Positions 7,358-18,948 of a DNA stretch of 64,000 bases are shown in pieces. This stretch comes from an uncultured delta proteobacterium. GTDB taxonomy: Bacteria > Myxococcota > Myxococcia > Myxococcales > Anaeromyxobacteraceae. The notes below the pieces were generated by a model that was not told the DNA's origin, did no database searches, and was given only the letters and a program-made list of their open reading frames with translations. Position 1 is the stretch's first letter. Every line of letters starts with the position of its first letter. The stretch covers positions 1 to 64,000 of the forward strand of contig CAWHDZ010000015.1 in assembly GCA_963828255.1 (NCBI GenBank). The letters are read 5' to 3'. The position numbers and the translations under genes were made by a program.

Positions 7358-10272
7358 CACTCTCCTCCTTTCGAATTCCGACCCCCGGGATCGGGAGCCG
7401 TCGCTGCGACAGGTTGGCCGCGTCCCAGCTTCCGGCGCACGCTGCGCGCCTCCGCCAGGATCGGCAGGTCGGCGTCGGCCTGCGACAGCAGGTCCTCGAG
7501 CTTCGCAAGCACGGCGCGCGCCTCGTCCCGGTTGCCGATCCGGTCGAGCACCCGGGCCTCGAGGAGCAGGCTGCGCGGGTAGGCCCAGGTCCCCCACTGG
7601 CCGAGCGGGTAGTAGAAGCGCTGGAAGCGGCGAAGGTCCTCGAGCGCCGCCGCGTCCGGGGCGGCCTCGAAGGCGCACTCGGCGGCGTACCAGGAGGGGG
7701 CCTCCGGGGGTCCTCCTTCGACCGCCAGCGGATCCCCGCGGGCCAGCCCACGAAGCGCCGGGAGCGCAGCGGCGGGTCCCTCGCGCCGCCAGGTCGCGAT
7801 TGCGACGACCAGCTTGCGGGTGGCGATGTCGATGCCGTCCGCCGCGACGAGCTCGTTGGCGCGATCGACGATACCCGCGTAGGCCACGGCGGGGGCCAGC
7901 TGCGCGGCCGTCTGGGGCGACCATGCTGCCGTGCGGGCAACGACGGCCTCCACCTCGGGCAGGTCGCGCCTCGGGACGAGGAACTGGTTCAGGCGACGCG
8001 AGTCGGCGAAGTAGCGGAGGCGCGCGTCAGGGGGAGGAGGGAGACGGGCCAGGAACGCCGTCGCCTCCCTGATCCGGCCACGCAGGAGCAGGTAGCGGAC
8101 CAGGCGGCTGTCGGCGCGCCCGGGGTTCTGGACCGCGTCCTCCCGGAGCATCGCCTCGGCCTCCTCCCACCGTCCCGCCGCCACGAGCGCGTTCTCCAGG
8201 TCGTCCCGGGCCAGGCCCGCCCTCGCCGGCGCGGCGCGCCTCAGGACCCGGACCGCACCCTCCGCGTCCCCGGTGAATCCCCTCGCCTTGGCCTCGGCGA
8301 TCAGCGTCCCCGTCGAGGGCGGGGTGCTTGCCAGCCGCGCCGCCGAACGCAGGAGGTCGTCGCGCCGATCCAGGATTCCGAGCGTGAAGACCAGCGTGTC
8401 GTTGGCCAGCTCGAAGCCGGGATCGAGCTCGATCGCCTTCTCCAGATACGGGACCGCCTCGGCCCTGCGCCCCTGGCGGTAGAGGACCTCGGCGAGCGCG
8501 TAGTGGATCCTCTTGTCGTCCGGGAAGTCCCTCGCGGCGGCCTCGAGGATCTCGACCGCCTTGCCCGGGGATGGCGAGAGGCTCGCGTCCCAGGCCAGCA
8601 CCATGGATCGCTCGCGCAGGGAGAGCCGATCGAGCCGCGCCAGCGGGATCTCGAGAGAGCGCCGCAGCTCGGAGGGAGAGTAGTCGGCCCACCACTTGAT
8701 GCGGGCGAGCTCGAAGTGGGCCAGGGGGAAGTCGGGGTCGATGGCGAGCGCCTGGAGGAAGTGGCCGTCGCACTCCTCGAAGCTCGAGCCCCCGGCGCCG
8801 GAGGGGACGTCCATGCAGCGAACGCCCGCGAGGTAGTGCTGGTGCGCCTGAAGGCTCGAGGAGACGGCGCGGGAGAGTTCCTGGTCCGCGCCTCGAACCT
8901 CCGGTTCCCGGTCGTGCAACTGCGCCCGGACGCGGACGGCCAGTCGTTGCACGGCTGGGAGGACGGCCTCTTCCGAGTCGGCGCGCTCCGCGATGGAGAA
9001 GAGGCGGCGGCCGCTCTCCGGCTCGAGCGCCTCGATGGCGATGGAGAAGGCGTCCCCCTCCTGCCCGATCACGGGGACGAGGAGTGCCGCACCCCCAGCC
9101 TGCCGCGTGGCGAAGGCCGCGATGCCCCGGTCCAGCCGCTCGGGAGCCGCCCGTCCCGACGCCCGCAGCACGCCGTCCAGCCGGTTCCGGTCGAGCACCT
9201 GGAAGCGGGGCGAGGCCTGGATCTCCCGGGCGACGATGTCGCCGATCCCGTCGAGGGCCGGCCTTCCGCTCCCGTTCTCCGCGTCGGCGACCGCCACGCG
9301 GAAGGGTCCCGATGGAACCGGAGCGCGAGGCCCCAGCATCCGGCCCAGTCCGTAGACGGACCCGACGAGCGCCAGCCCCAGCGCGGCGGCGCCCAGGAGC
9401 GTCGCCCTTCGATTCCGCCGGTCGAGCCGGTCGAGCGCGGCCAGGAGCGCCATGCCGTCGGCCGGACGCAGCGCCGGGTCCGAGGCGCGTGCCTGCTCGG
9501 CCAGGGCGCGGAAGGTCAGGGGCCGGGTCTCCACGGGCCCGGTGGCCTCCCCCGAGGCTTTTCCGGTGAGCAGCCGCTGGCCCAGGACCCCCCAGGCGAA
9601 CACGTCGGCCCGCGCGTCCGTCGCCTTGCCCTCCCACTGCTCCGGCGCGGCGTACGGGGGGGACCCGGCCACGATCCCGACGGCGCCTGCCACCTGCGCG
9701 AGCCCCAGGTCGAGGATCTTGATGCCTCCGTCGGTCTCGATGAAGACGTTGCCGGGCTTCAGGTCGCGGTGGATCACGCCCGCGGTGTGCATCTGCGCGA
9801 GGCCCGTCGCCACCGAGCGGAGCACCTGGCGCGCCTCCGGACGGCGGAGCGGCCCGCGCGCCAGGCGGCTCTTCAAGGTCTCGCCCTCGAGGAGCTCGTA
9901 GACGAGGTAGGTTCCGCCTTCCCACTGCCCGACGTCGTGCAGCGTCACCACCGCGGGGTGGTGGACCCGGGCCGCCGCCTCGCCCTCGCGCTGGATCCAC
10001 TCGAGGGTCTTCGGGCTGCGTCCCCGCTCGGGGCGGAGGATCTTGATCGCGACGCGGCGCCGGAGGTGGGTGTCCTCCGCCTCGAAGACCAGCCCGAACC
10101 CCCCACGCCCGATCTCCCGGACGAGGAGGAACCTCCCGAGCCGATCCCCGACGACCGAGGGAGTCGCCAGGGAGTCCTCGGGGACAGACATGATCTCCTG
10201 GAGCAGTCGTGTGACCTGCCCAGGCTGCAACGACGGGGCATCGGTACTGGGGTCTCCGGCGCCACGCGACAT
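7357..10272 (-). CDS. membrane Ser/Thr protein kinase with TM helix, TolB-N/FlgO-like domain and TPR repeats, about 971 aa
   Basis: IGRGGFGLVF, VAIK, HRDLKPGN, DLG (DFG variant), YAAPE, ADVFAWG; TM ATLLGAAALGLALVGSVYGLG; TPRs (ALAIDPDFPLAHFELA, KAIELDPGFELA); start taken as ATG 10272. Confidence 0.9.
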   Translation of the reverse strand: MSRGAGDPSTDAPSLQPGQVTRLLQEIMSVPEDSLATPSVVGDRLGRFLLVREIGRGGFGLVFEAEDTHLRRRVAIKILRPERGRSPKTLEWIQREGEAAARVHHPAVVTLHDVGQWEGGTYLVYELLEGETLKSRLARGPLRRPEARQVLRSVATGLAQMHTAGVIHRDLKPGNVFIETDGGIKILDLGLAQVAGAVGIVAGSPPYAAPEQWEGKATDARADVFAWGVLGQRLLTGKASGEATGPVETRPLTFRALAEQARASDPALRPADGMALLAALDRLDRRNRRATLLGAAALGLALVGSVYGLGRMLGPRAPVPSGPFRVAVADAENGSGRPALDGIGDIVAREIQASPRFQVLDRNRLDGVLRASGRAAPERLDRGIAAFATRQAGGAALLVPVIGQEGDAFSIAIEALEPESGRRLFSIAERADSEEAVLPAVQRLAVRVRAQLHDREPEVRGADQELSRAVSSSLQAHQHYLAGVRCMDVPSGAGGSSFEECDGHFLQALAIDPDFPLAHFELARIKWWADYSPSELRRSLEIPLARLDRLSLRERSMVLAWDASLSPSPGKAVEILEAAARDFPDDKRIHYALAEVLYRQGRRAEAVPYLEKAIELDPGFELANDTLVFTLGILDRRDDLLRSAARLASTPPSTGTLIAEAKARGFTGDAEGAVRVLRRAAPARAGLARDDLENALVAAGRWEEAEAMLREDAVQNPGRADSRLVRYLLLRGRIREATAFLARLPPPPDARLRYFADSRRLNQFLVPRRDLPEVEAVVARTAAWSPQTAAQLAPAVAYAGIVDRANELVAADGIDIATRKLVVAIATWRREGPAAALPALRGLARGDPLAVEGGPPEAPSWYAAECAFEAAPDAAALEDLRRFQRFYYPLGQWGTWAYPRSLLLEARVLDRIGNRDEARAVLAKLEDLLSQADADLPILAEARSVRRKLGRGQPVAATAPDPGGRNSKGGE

Positions 10273-10419
10273 CGTTGCCGCCCCTCCCGGCTCTCGTTGG
10301 GAAGACGCCGGATGTTGGCATTTCCCGTGCGTCCGAGGCAACCCGGGCCCGTTCGATGGCGGGACGACCCTCCCGGCGCTTTGTGACCGCGCCCGCTTCT
10401 GCGACACTCCGCCGCCCCG

Positions 10420-11370
10420 ATGTCCTCGAACTCCATGAAGGGCGGCATCCTCGTCGTGGACAAGCCGGCCGGCCCCACCAGCTTCGCCGTGGTGGAGCGG
10501 GTCCGGCGCGCGCTCGGCGCGGCCAAGGCCGGCCACACCGGCACGCTCGACCCGGCCGCAACCGGCGTGCTCGCCGTCTGCCTCGAAGACGCCGTGAAGA
10601 TCCAGCACTGGATCACCGAGGGGGACAAGGCCTACGAGGCGCTGGTCGCATTCGGCGTGGCCACCGACACCGAGGATGGCGAGGGGAGGGAGATCGCCCG
10701 GGGCGATCCCACCGGGCTCACGGCGGAGCGCGTCGCGGCGGCGCTCCCCGCCTTCGTCGGCGAGATCGACCAGGTCCCGCCCATGTACTCGGCCGTGAGG
10801 GTCGGGGGTCGTCGGCTCCACGAGTCGGCCCGGGCCGGCAAGGTGGTCGAGCGGGTGGCCCGCCGGGTGGTCGTCCACTCCCTCGAACTCCTGGCCTTCG
10901 AGCCCGCCCTGGACGGCCTGGCCCGGGCCCGGATCGCCGTCCGGTGCGGCAAGGGCACCTACGTCCGGACCATCGCCGCCTCCCTGGGGACCGCGCTGGG
11001 CGTCCCGGCCCACCTGGCCGCGCTCCGGCGCACCGCGTCCGGCCCGTTCACCATCGCCACCGCGCTCCCCCTCGACGAGCTGGAGCGTCTCGCCGCCTCC
11101 GACCGGGGCAGCCTCGACGCCAGGCTGGTCTCGCCGGCCGATGCCCTGGCCGCCTTCCCCGTGCTCCGGGTGACCCGGGACGAGGTCCGGGCGCTCGCCC
11201 AGGGTAAGATCCTGCGCCGGGAGGCCCCGGGGGCCCTCGGCCGTGCCCTCGACGAGGAGGGGGCGCTCGTGGCGATGGTCGCGCCGGTCGCCGAAGGGGA
11301 GGGGATCCGGCCGGTCCGGGTCTTCGTGCAACCCCCCGACATCCCAGGGCCTGGGCCGCTCCAACGTTGA
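10420..11370 (+). CDS. truB: tRNA pseudouridine(55) synthase
   Basis: VDKPAGPTS, KAGHTGTLDPAATGVL, QVPPMYSA, CGKGTYVR. Confidence 0.96.
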   Translation: MSSNSMKGGILVVDKPAGPTSFAVVERVRRALGAAKAGHTGTLDPAATGVLAVCLEDAVKIQHWITEGDKAYEALVAFGVATDTEDGEGREIARGDPTGLTAERVAAALPAFVGEIDQVPPMYSAVRVGGRRLHESARAGKVVERVARRVVVHSLELLAFEPALDGLARARIAVRCGKGTYVRTIAASLGTALGVPAHLAALRRTASGPFTIATALPLDELERLAASDRGSLDARLVSPADALAAFPVLRVTRDEVRALAQGKILRREAPGALGRALDEEGALVAMVAPVAEGEGIRPVRVFVQPPDIPGPGPLQR

Positions 11371-11395
11371 CTTCCCCGGCCCCGGCCGCTAAAAG
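11367..11395 (+). promoter_or_regulatory. putative sigma70 promoter for rpsO-pnp
   Basis: TTGACT-17 nt-TAAAAG. Confidence 0.5.
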
Positions 11396-11482
11396 ACCCC
11401 CTCCTCACCCGCCGTCCTCTGTCCTTGTGGCGCAACGCCTTCGCCCCCGAGACGGGAACGGCTTCACCAGGGAGCAACCGAT

Positions 11483-11752
11483 ATGGCGCTCGTCGCAGAG
11501 AAGAAGTCGGAAGTCGTCCAGAAGTACCGCCGGCACGACAAGGACACCGGGTCTCCCGAGGTCCAGGTGGCCCTCATCACCGAGCGGATCGCCTACCTCA
11601 CCGAGCACTTCAAGACGCACAAGAAGGACCACCACAGCCGCCGCGGCCTGCTCAAGCTGGTCGGGCAGCGGCGTCGGCTCCTCGACTACCTCCGGCAGGT
11701 CGACGCGAACCGCTACAAGGTCGTGATCGAGCAGCTCGGACTCCGCAAGTAG
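11483..11752 (+). CDS. rpsO: 30S ribosomal protein S15
   Basis: [38 protein letters not shown]. Confidence 0.98.
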   Translation: MALVAEKKSEVVQKYRRHDKDTGSPEVQVALITERIAYLTEHFKTHKKDHHSRRGLLKLVGQRRRLLDYLRQVDANRYKVVIEQLGLRK

Positions 11753-11944
11753 CAGGTCAACAGGCCCGCCAGCGAGCGGGCCGGCGCACCGTCGACGGCG
11801 CTTCCGTTTCCGACTCGGGTTCCGCTCCCCACGCGAGCGGAGACCGGGTGAGAAACTGAGGCACCGCGGGCATGGCGGCGGCAACTCGCACGGCGGGACC
11901 GAGGGGCTCAAAGCGCTCCCCGGCTCACTTCGTGAAGGTGCCAG

Positions 11945-14110
11945 ATGAAAGCCATCCAGGAACGCGCGCAGGTCGGTGATCGCGAGATCTCCCTCGAGAC
12001 CGGCAAGGTCGCCAAGCAGGCCGACGGATCCATCTGGATCCGCCACGGCGACTCCATCGTCCTCGTCACCGTGGTGTCGGCCAAGGAGCGCAAGGAGGGG
12101 ATCGACTTCTTCCCCCTCACCGTCGACTACCAGGAGAAGATGTTCGCGGCGGGCAAGATCCCCGGCAGCTTCTTCCGCCGCGAGGGGCGCCTCACCGAGA
12201 AGGAGACCCTGGTCTCCCGCATGGTGGACCGCTCCTGCCGCCCGCTCTTCCCCGAAGGCTACGCCAACGAGACCCAGATCATCTGCACGGTCATCTCCTT
12301 CGATCAGGAGAACGACACCGACGTGCTGGGGCTCACCGGCGCCTCGGCGGCCATGGCCGTCTCGGACGTCCCGTTCAACGGCCCCATCGCCGGCGTCCGC
12401 GTCGGCCGGGTGGGCGGCAAGTTCGTCGCCAACCCCACGCTGGCCCAGCGCGCCGAGGCAGACCTCGACGTGGTGCTGGCCGCCTCCCGCGACGCCATCG
12501 TGATGGTGGAGGGCGGAGGCAAGGAGATCCCGGAGAACGTGATGGTGGACGCCCTGCTCTTCGGCCACGCCGCGGTGCAGCCGCTCCTCGACGCCCAGGA
12601 CCGGCTCGCCAAGACCGTCGGCAAGTCGAAGCGCACCTTCGAGCCCCCCAAGAACGACCTGGCCCTGCGCGAGAAGGTGAAGGCCCTGGCCTGGGCCAAG
12701 GTCAAGGAGGCCTACGCCCGCAACGAGAAGCACGATCGCTACGGCCGGCTCTCCGAGATCAAGAAGGAGATGCTCGAGGGGCTCAAGGCCGAGGCCGCCG
12801 GCGACCCCGCCCAGCTCGCCTCCCTCGCCGCCCGGGAGAAGGAGATCAAGGGCTACTACGAGGACGTGAAGTACGACTACATGCGGAAGATGATCACCGA
12901 CGAGGGGCGCCGGATCGGCGGCCGCGGTCCGGCCGACATCCGCTTCATCGCCTCCGAGGTGGGCATCCTCCCCCGCGTCCACGGTTCCGCGCTCTTCACG
13001 CGCGGTGAGACCCAGGCGCTGGTGGCCGCCACGCTGGGCACCTCCCAGGACGAGCAGCGCGTCGAGATGCTGAACGGCATGATCTTCAAGAAGTTCATGC
13101 TGCACTACAACTTCCCGCCCTTCTCTGTGGGCGAGGCCAAGTTCCTCCGCGGCCCCGGCCGCCGGGAGATCGGGCACGGCGTGCTGGCCGAGCGGGCGCT
13201 GCGCGCCGTCCTGCCGCCCGAGGACAAGTTCCCGTACACCATCCGCATCGTCTCCGACATCATGGAGTCGAACGGATCGTCGTCGATGGCGTCGGTCTGC
13301 GGCGGCTGCCTGTCGCTCATGGACGCCGGCGTCCCGGTGAAGGCCCCGGTGGCCGGCATCGCCATGGGGCTCATCAAGGAGGGCGACAAGATCGCCATCC
13401 TCTCCGACATCCTCGGTGACGAGGACCACCTCGGCGACATGGACTTCAAGGTCTGCGGCACCGAGGCCGGCATCACCGCCATCCAGATGGACATCAAGAT
13501 CGGCGGGGTGACCCGCAAGATCCTCGAGGACGCGCTGAACCAGGCCGCAGCCGGCCGCAAGCACATCCTCGGCGAGATGGCCAAGGCCCTGTCCGCGCCG
13601 CGCACCGACATCAGCGCCTACGCGCCGCGCATCACCACCATCAAGATCCGGACCGAGCGCATCAAGGACGTCATCGGGCCCGGCGGCAAGGTGATCAAGG
13701 ACATCACGGCCCGCACCGGCTGCAGCATCAACATCGAGGACGACGGCACCATCAACATCGCCAGCTCCGACCAGGTCCAGGTCGACGCCGCCATCAAGAT
13801 GATCAAGAACCTCACCCAGGAGGCGGACGTCGGCAAGACGTACCTGGGCACGGTCCGCAAGATCGCCGAGTTCGGCGCCTTCGTGGAGATCTTCCCCGGC
13901 ACCGACGGGCTCATCCACATCTCCGAGCTCTCCGACAAGCGGGTGAAGTCGGTCTCCGAGGTCCTGCAGGAGGGCGAGGAGGTCCTCGTCAAGGTCATCT
14001 CGGTCGACCGGGCCGGGAAGATCCGGCTCTCCCGCAAGGAGGCGCTCGCCGACGCCGCCGCGCAGAAGTCCGGCTCCCCCGGGACCGACCCGGCGCCCGC
14101 CAAGGGCTAG
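11945..14110 (+). CDS. pnp: polyribonucleotide nucleotidyltransferase
   Basis: [38 protein letters not shown] and S1 domains. Confidence 0.98.
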   Translation: MKAIQERAQVGDREISLETGKVAKQADGSIWIRHGDSIVLVTVVSAKERKEGIDFFPLTVDYQEKMFAAGKIPGSFFRREGRLTEKETLVSRMVDRSCRPLFPEGYANETQIICTVISFDQENDTDVLGLTGASAAMAVSDVPFNGPIAGVRVGRVGGKFVANPTLAQRAEADLDVVLAASRDAIVMVEGGGKEIPENVMVDALLFGHAAVQPLLDAQDRLAKTVGKSKRTFEPPKNDLALREKVKALAWAKVKEAYARNEKHDRYGRLSEIKKEMLEGLKAEAAGDPAQLASLAAREKEIKGYYEDVKYDYMRKMITDEGRRIGGRGPADIRFIASEVGILPRVHGSALFTRGETQALVAATLGTSQDEQRVEMLNGMIFKKFMLHYNFPPFSVGEAKFLRGPGRREIGHGVLAERALRAVLPPEDKFPYTIRIVSDIMESNGSSSMASVCGGCLSLMDAGVPVKAPVAGIAMGLIKEGDKIAILSDILGDEDHLGDMDFKVCGTEAGITAIQMDIKIGGVTRKILEDALNQAAAGRKHILGEMAKALSAPRTDISAYAPRITTIKIRTERIKDVIGPGGKVIKDITARTGCSINIEDDGTINIASSDQVQVDAAIKMIKNLTQEADVGKTYLGTVRKIAEFGAFVEIFPGTDGLIHISELSDKRVKSVSEVLQEGEEVLVKVISVDRAGKIRLSRKEALADAAAQKSGSPGTDPAPAKG

Positions 14111-14121
14111 GGAGAAGAGCG

Positions 14122-14580
14122 GTGACCACGGCCGGCACCCCGATCCCCGTCGCGGTGCTTCGGGTTGGCGGCCGTGGCGACCCGCTCGAGCTGCCACGGC
14201 AGCAGACCGCCGGCTCCGCCGGCATGGACCTGCGCGCCGACGAGACGGTCGAGCTCGCCCCCGGCGAGCGGCGGCTCGTCCCCACCGGCATCGCCGTGGC
14301 CATCCCGCCCGGCTTCGAGGGGCAGATCCGCCCGCGCTCGGGCCTTGCGCTCAAGCACGGCCTGGGAATCCCCAACGCCCCGGGCACCGTGGACAGCGAC
14401 TACCGGGGCGAGGTGGGGGTCATCCTGGTGAACTGGGGCCGGGAGCCGGTGCGGCTCGGCCGGGGCGAGCGCATCGCCCAGCTGGTGATCGCCCCGGTGA
14501 CGCGCGCCGTGCTCCAGGAAGTGGCCGAGCTGCCCGGCAGCGAGCGGGGCGGCGGAGGATTCGGTTCCACCGGCCGGTAG
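14122..14580 (+). CDS. dut: dUTP diphosphatase
   Basis: [39 protein letters not shown]. Confidence 0.96.
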   Translation: MTTAGTPIPVAVLRVGGRGDPLELPRQQTAGSAGMDLRADETVELAPGERRLVPTGIAVAIPPGFEGQIRPRSGLALKHGLGIPNAPGTVDSDYRGEVGVILVNWGREPVRLGRGERIAQLVIAPVTRAVLQEVAELPGSERGGGGFGSTGR

Positions 14581-14624
14581 GCCGGAAACGAGAGACCGGC
14601 CGCCAGGCGGCCGTGGAGGGTCGG

Positions 14625-15940
<1,316 letters not shown>

Positions 15941-15944
<4 letters not shown>

Positions 15945-16759
15945 GCTTCCCGGAACAGCCTCTCCGTGGCCTCGTCGGCAGGGAACAGGCTCTCGACGCG
16001 CAGTTCGTCGGCCGTCACGTCCTGGGGCGTGCCGAAGGTCGCGATGACCGTGAAGAGCGACACGCGCAACCCGTCCTTCTCCAGCACGACGGGCAGGACG
16101 GGCAGGAGCGCCGTGTCCTCCGCCACCCGGAGGGACTCGGAGTCGACGTAGCGACCCAGTTCGGCCAGGATCTCGTGTCCTTCCCGCGCGCCCAGCGCCT
16201 CGGCCTCGCGCTGCGCCCGGTGCCAGAGCAGGGGCGCGATGGCCGCCCAGTTCACCACCAGGGGCCGGATCCCGGCGGGGTGGAAGAACAGGCGCATGAG
16301 GTTGCGCTGCTCGCCGCCGACGCGGGTCCAGAGATCCGGGCCGATCCTCGACACCAGCGCGTCGAAGGGACCGTTCGAGAGACGGATGTTCCAGGCGCGG
16401 TCGATGGCGATCGCCGGGAAGGGCTCGTGGTTGGCGAGCATCATGCGGACCGCGGACATCACCTGGGCCATCTGCGGGTCGTCGAGCGGGCGCGATCGGA
16501 ATACCGGCGCGAATCCGGCTGCGAGGAGCCAGGTGTTGCGATCGCGCAGCGGCACCGAGAGCGCCTCGGTGAGTTCCAGGATCATGGCGCGGCTGGGCCG
16601 GGAGCGGCCCGACTCCAGGAAGCTCAGGTGCCTCTGGGAGACGCCGGACTCGAGCGCGAGCTCCAACTGGGACAGGCGCCGGCGCGAGCGCCAGCTCCTC
16701 AGGATCTGGGGAAAGGTCGCGGCATCGGCGTCGCGGGGCTGGAGCGGAGTGGGCTGCAC
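15941..16759 (-). CDS. XRE-family HTH regulator with MmyB-like ligand-binding domain
   Basis: LRSWRSRRRLSQLELA..SQRHLSFLESGRSRPSR, HEPFPA, TFGTPQDVTADELRVE; GTG start after GGAGG. Confidence 0.88.
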
Positions 16760-16802
16760 GTGCTGCCTCCGGGGTGGTCCGCCCATTCTCGCGGGCCCGC
16801 GA

Positions 16803-16838
16803 GGGCCATTCAATGACCCACGAGGTAATTGATGGCCC
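16803..16838. promoter_or_regulatory. imperfect inverted repeat, candidate operator of the XRE-MmyB regulator
   Basis: CAATGACC-N5-GGTAATTG flanked by GGGCCAT/ATGGCCC, between divergent genes. Confidence 0.55.
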
Positions 16839-16888
16839 ATCGGCTAGGGACCAGAGTGCGGACGAACTTCTCGCCCCGGGAGAGTCCC

Positions 16889-17185
16889 GTGTCCCTCCGT
16901 CTGCTTGCCCTGCTGGTGGTCGTCGCCCTCTTCGGCGCGCTGACCGTGGTCGCGATCCTCGACGTCGGAATCCTCGGGATCTTCAGGCCGCACTTCCAGG
17001 CCTGGGGCCCCGCACAGGTCTTCGCCGACCTCGTGATCCTGGCGGTGCTGTCGTGCATCTGGATGGTCGCGGACGCACGGGCGCGAGGGGCGAACCCGTG
17101 GCCGTTCGTGATCCTGACCGTCCTGGCGGGGTCTTTCGGGCCGCTCCTCTACCTCGTGGCCCGCGAACTCCGCCGTTACAGATAA
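16889..17185 (+). CDS. small membrane protein, DUF2834-like
   Basis: three hydrophobic segments, QVFADLVI..WMVADAR..GSFGPLLYL; GTG start 16889 inferred. Confidence 0.7.
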   Translation: MSLRLLALLVVVALFGALTVVAILDVGILGIFRPHFQAWGPAQVFADLVILAVLSCIWMVADARARGANPWPFVILTVLAGSFGPLLYLVARELRRYR

Positions 17186-18135
17186 CCCTTGGCCTTCAGA
17201 TTCCCGCGGATCCGCGCGTCCACGCTGCCCAGCGGCGACTCGAACTTCTCGCCGGTGAGGAGTTCGAAGACCTCGATGTACTTCCGCGCCAGCATGATGC
17301 GCACCTCGTCGGTGAGCGCCGGGGGCTTGCCGTGGCCGGAGAACCCGTGCTCGGTGATGAGCCACTGCCGGATGTTCTCCTTGTCGAGCATCTGCTGGTC
17401 CTGGCCGGCGGCCAGACGCTCCTCGTAGCCCTTGGCGACCCAGTAGCGGGAGCTGTCCGGGGTGTGGATCTCGTCGATCACCACGAGCTTCCCGTCGGCG
17501 ATTCCCATCTCGTACTTGGTGTCCACGAGGATGAGGCCGCGGCTCGCCGCCCACTCCTGGCCGCGCTGGAAGAGCGCCCGGGCCACCTCGGTGGCCTCGG
17601 CCCAGACCCTGGCCGGCACCAGCCCCTGCTCGACGATGGCCTTCTCGCTGATGGGCTCGTCGTGCTTGCCGTACTGGGCCTTGGTGGAGGGCGTGACGAT
17701 GGGCAGGTGGAACTTCTGGTCCTTGCGGAGCCCCTGCGGCCACTCGATGCCGTAGGCGCCGGCCTTGCCGGCCAGGTAGTCGCGCCAGAGCGACCCGGTG
17801 ATGTACCCACGGATGATGATCTCGACGGGGAAGGGCTGGGCCCGCTTCACCACCATGACGCTCGGGTCCGGGTTGTCGAGGATGTGGGTGGGGGCGATGT
17901 CCTTCACCTTGTCGAACCAGAAGCGGGTCAGGCGGGACAGCACCTCGCCCTTGAACGGGATGGTCCCGAGCACGTGGTCGAAGGCGCTGATGCGGTCGGT
18001 GGTGACCATCACGATCCGGTCGCCGCGCGAGTAGTTGTCGCGGACCTTTCCCCGGTAGAGCTCTCCGAGCGCCGGGGCGTCGAACTGCTGGAGCGTGTGG
18101 GCGAGCTGCTCGCGGAGCCTGTCGTCGGGAATCAT
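17176..18135 (-). CDS. purC: SAICAR synthase
   Basis: YRGKVRDNY, TDRISAFD, ILVDTKYEMG, DEIHTPDSSRYW. Confidence 0.95.
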   Translation of the reverse strand: MIPDDRLREQLAHTLQQFDAPALGELYRGKVRDNYSRGDRIVMVTTDRISAFDHVLGTIPFKGEVLSRLTRFWFDKVKDIAPTHILDNPDPSVMVVKRAQPFPVEIIIRGYITGSLWRDYLAGKAGAYGIEWPQGLRKDQKFHLPIVTPSTKAQYGKHDEPISEKAIVEQGLVPARVWAEATEVARALFQRGQEWAASRGLILVDTKYEMGIADGKLVVIDEIHTPDSSRYWVAKGYEERLAAGQDQQMLDKENIRQWLITEHGFSGHGKPPALTDEVRIMLARKYIEVFELLTGEKFESPLGSVDARIRGNLKAKGYL

Positions 18136-18162
18136 GGGCGCAAATGCTAGCATAGGCTCGCC

Positions 18163-18948
18163 TTGGACCGGGACGACGTGATCTTCGTGCTGCACCGCCC
18201 CTCCTCGGCCGAGAACATCGGAGCCGTGGCCCGGGTGCTGGCGAACTTCGGCCTCTCCCGGATGCGGGTGGTTGCGCCCCCCTCCTGGTCCGGAGCGCCC
18301 CGGACCGGGTGGGGGAAGAACGCCACGGAGGACGTCTTCCGGAGGGCCCGCCGGACCGCGAGGAAGGCGAGGGGCGTGCTCGACGCGACGGAGGTCGTGA
18401 CCGACATGGGCGCGGCGCTCGCCGGCACGGTCTGGGCCTGCGGAACCACCTCCCGGGACGTCGAGGGGCGGCCCCGGCTCACGCCCCGTGAGCTGGGGGC
18501 CGAGGTGGCGCGGAGGCGCGCCGGCGGTCCGGTGGCGGTGGTGCTGGGGGAGGAGCGGCGCGGGCTCTCGGACGCCGAGCTGGCCCCGTGCGCCGCGGTC
18601 TGCACCATCCCCACCGGCCCGGCCTACGACTCGATGAACCTGGCCCAGGCCGCGGCGGTGCTGGCCTACGAGGTCTCGCTGGCGCTTGGCGCGACCGTCC
18701 CGGCACTACCCGACGCCGAGCCGGCGCGCCACGAGACGGTGGAGGCCTTCTGGTCCCGCGCCCGGGTGCTCCTCTCCCGCGCGGGATACCTCAATCCACA
18801 AAATCCGGACGCCATCCTCGCCGAGTGGCGAATGCTGCTCGCGCGGGCCGAGCCCACGCAGCGGGAGGCCGAGCTTCTCGCCGCCGCGGTCCGATCGCTC
18901 GAGCGGATGCTCGCGACGGGACCAGCAGGCGGCGAGGGGAACCGCTAG
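18163..18948 (+). CDS. SPOUT RNA methyltransferase, TrmJ/LasT family
   Basis: NIGAVARVLANFG, VLGEERRGLS, YDSMNLAQA. Confidence 0.88.
   Translation: MDRDDVIFVLHRPSSAENIGAVARVLANFGLSRMRVVAPPSWSGAPRTGWGKNATEDVFRRARRTARKARGVLDATEVVTDMGAALAGTVWACGTTSRDVEGRPRLTPRELGAEVARRRAGGPVAVVLGEERRGLSDAELAPCAAVCTIPTGPAYDSMNLAQAAAVLAYEVSLALGATVPALPDAEPARHETVEAFWSRARVLLSRAGYLNPQNPDAILAEWRMLLARAEPTQREAELLAAAVRSLERMLATGPAGGEGNR

Noticed and set aside
10316..10330. TGGCA-N7-TGC sigma54-like site upstream of truB
   Set aside because: Weak match to consensus (lacks TTGC), likely by chance in this composition.
10273..11364. Extra N-terminal 364 aa of the kinase ORF
   Set aside because: Antisense shadow of truB with no domain features.
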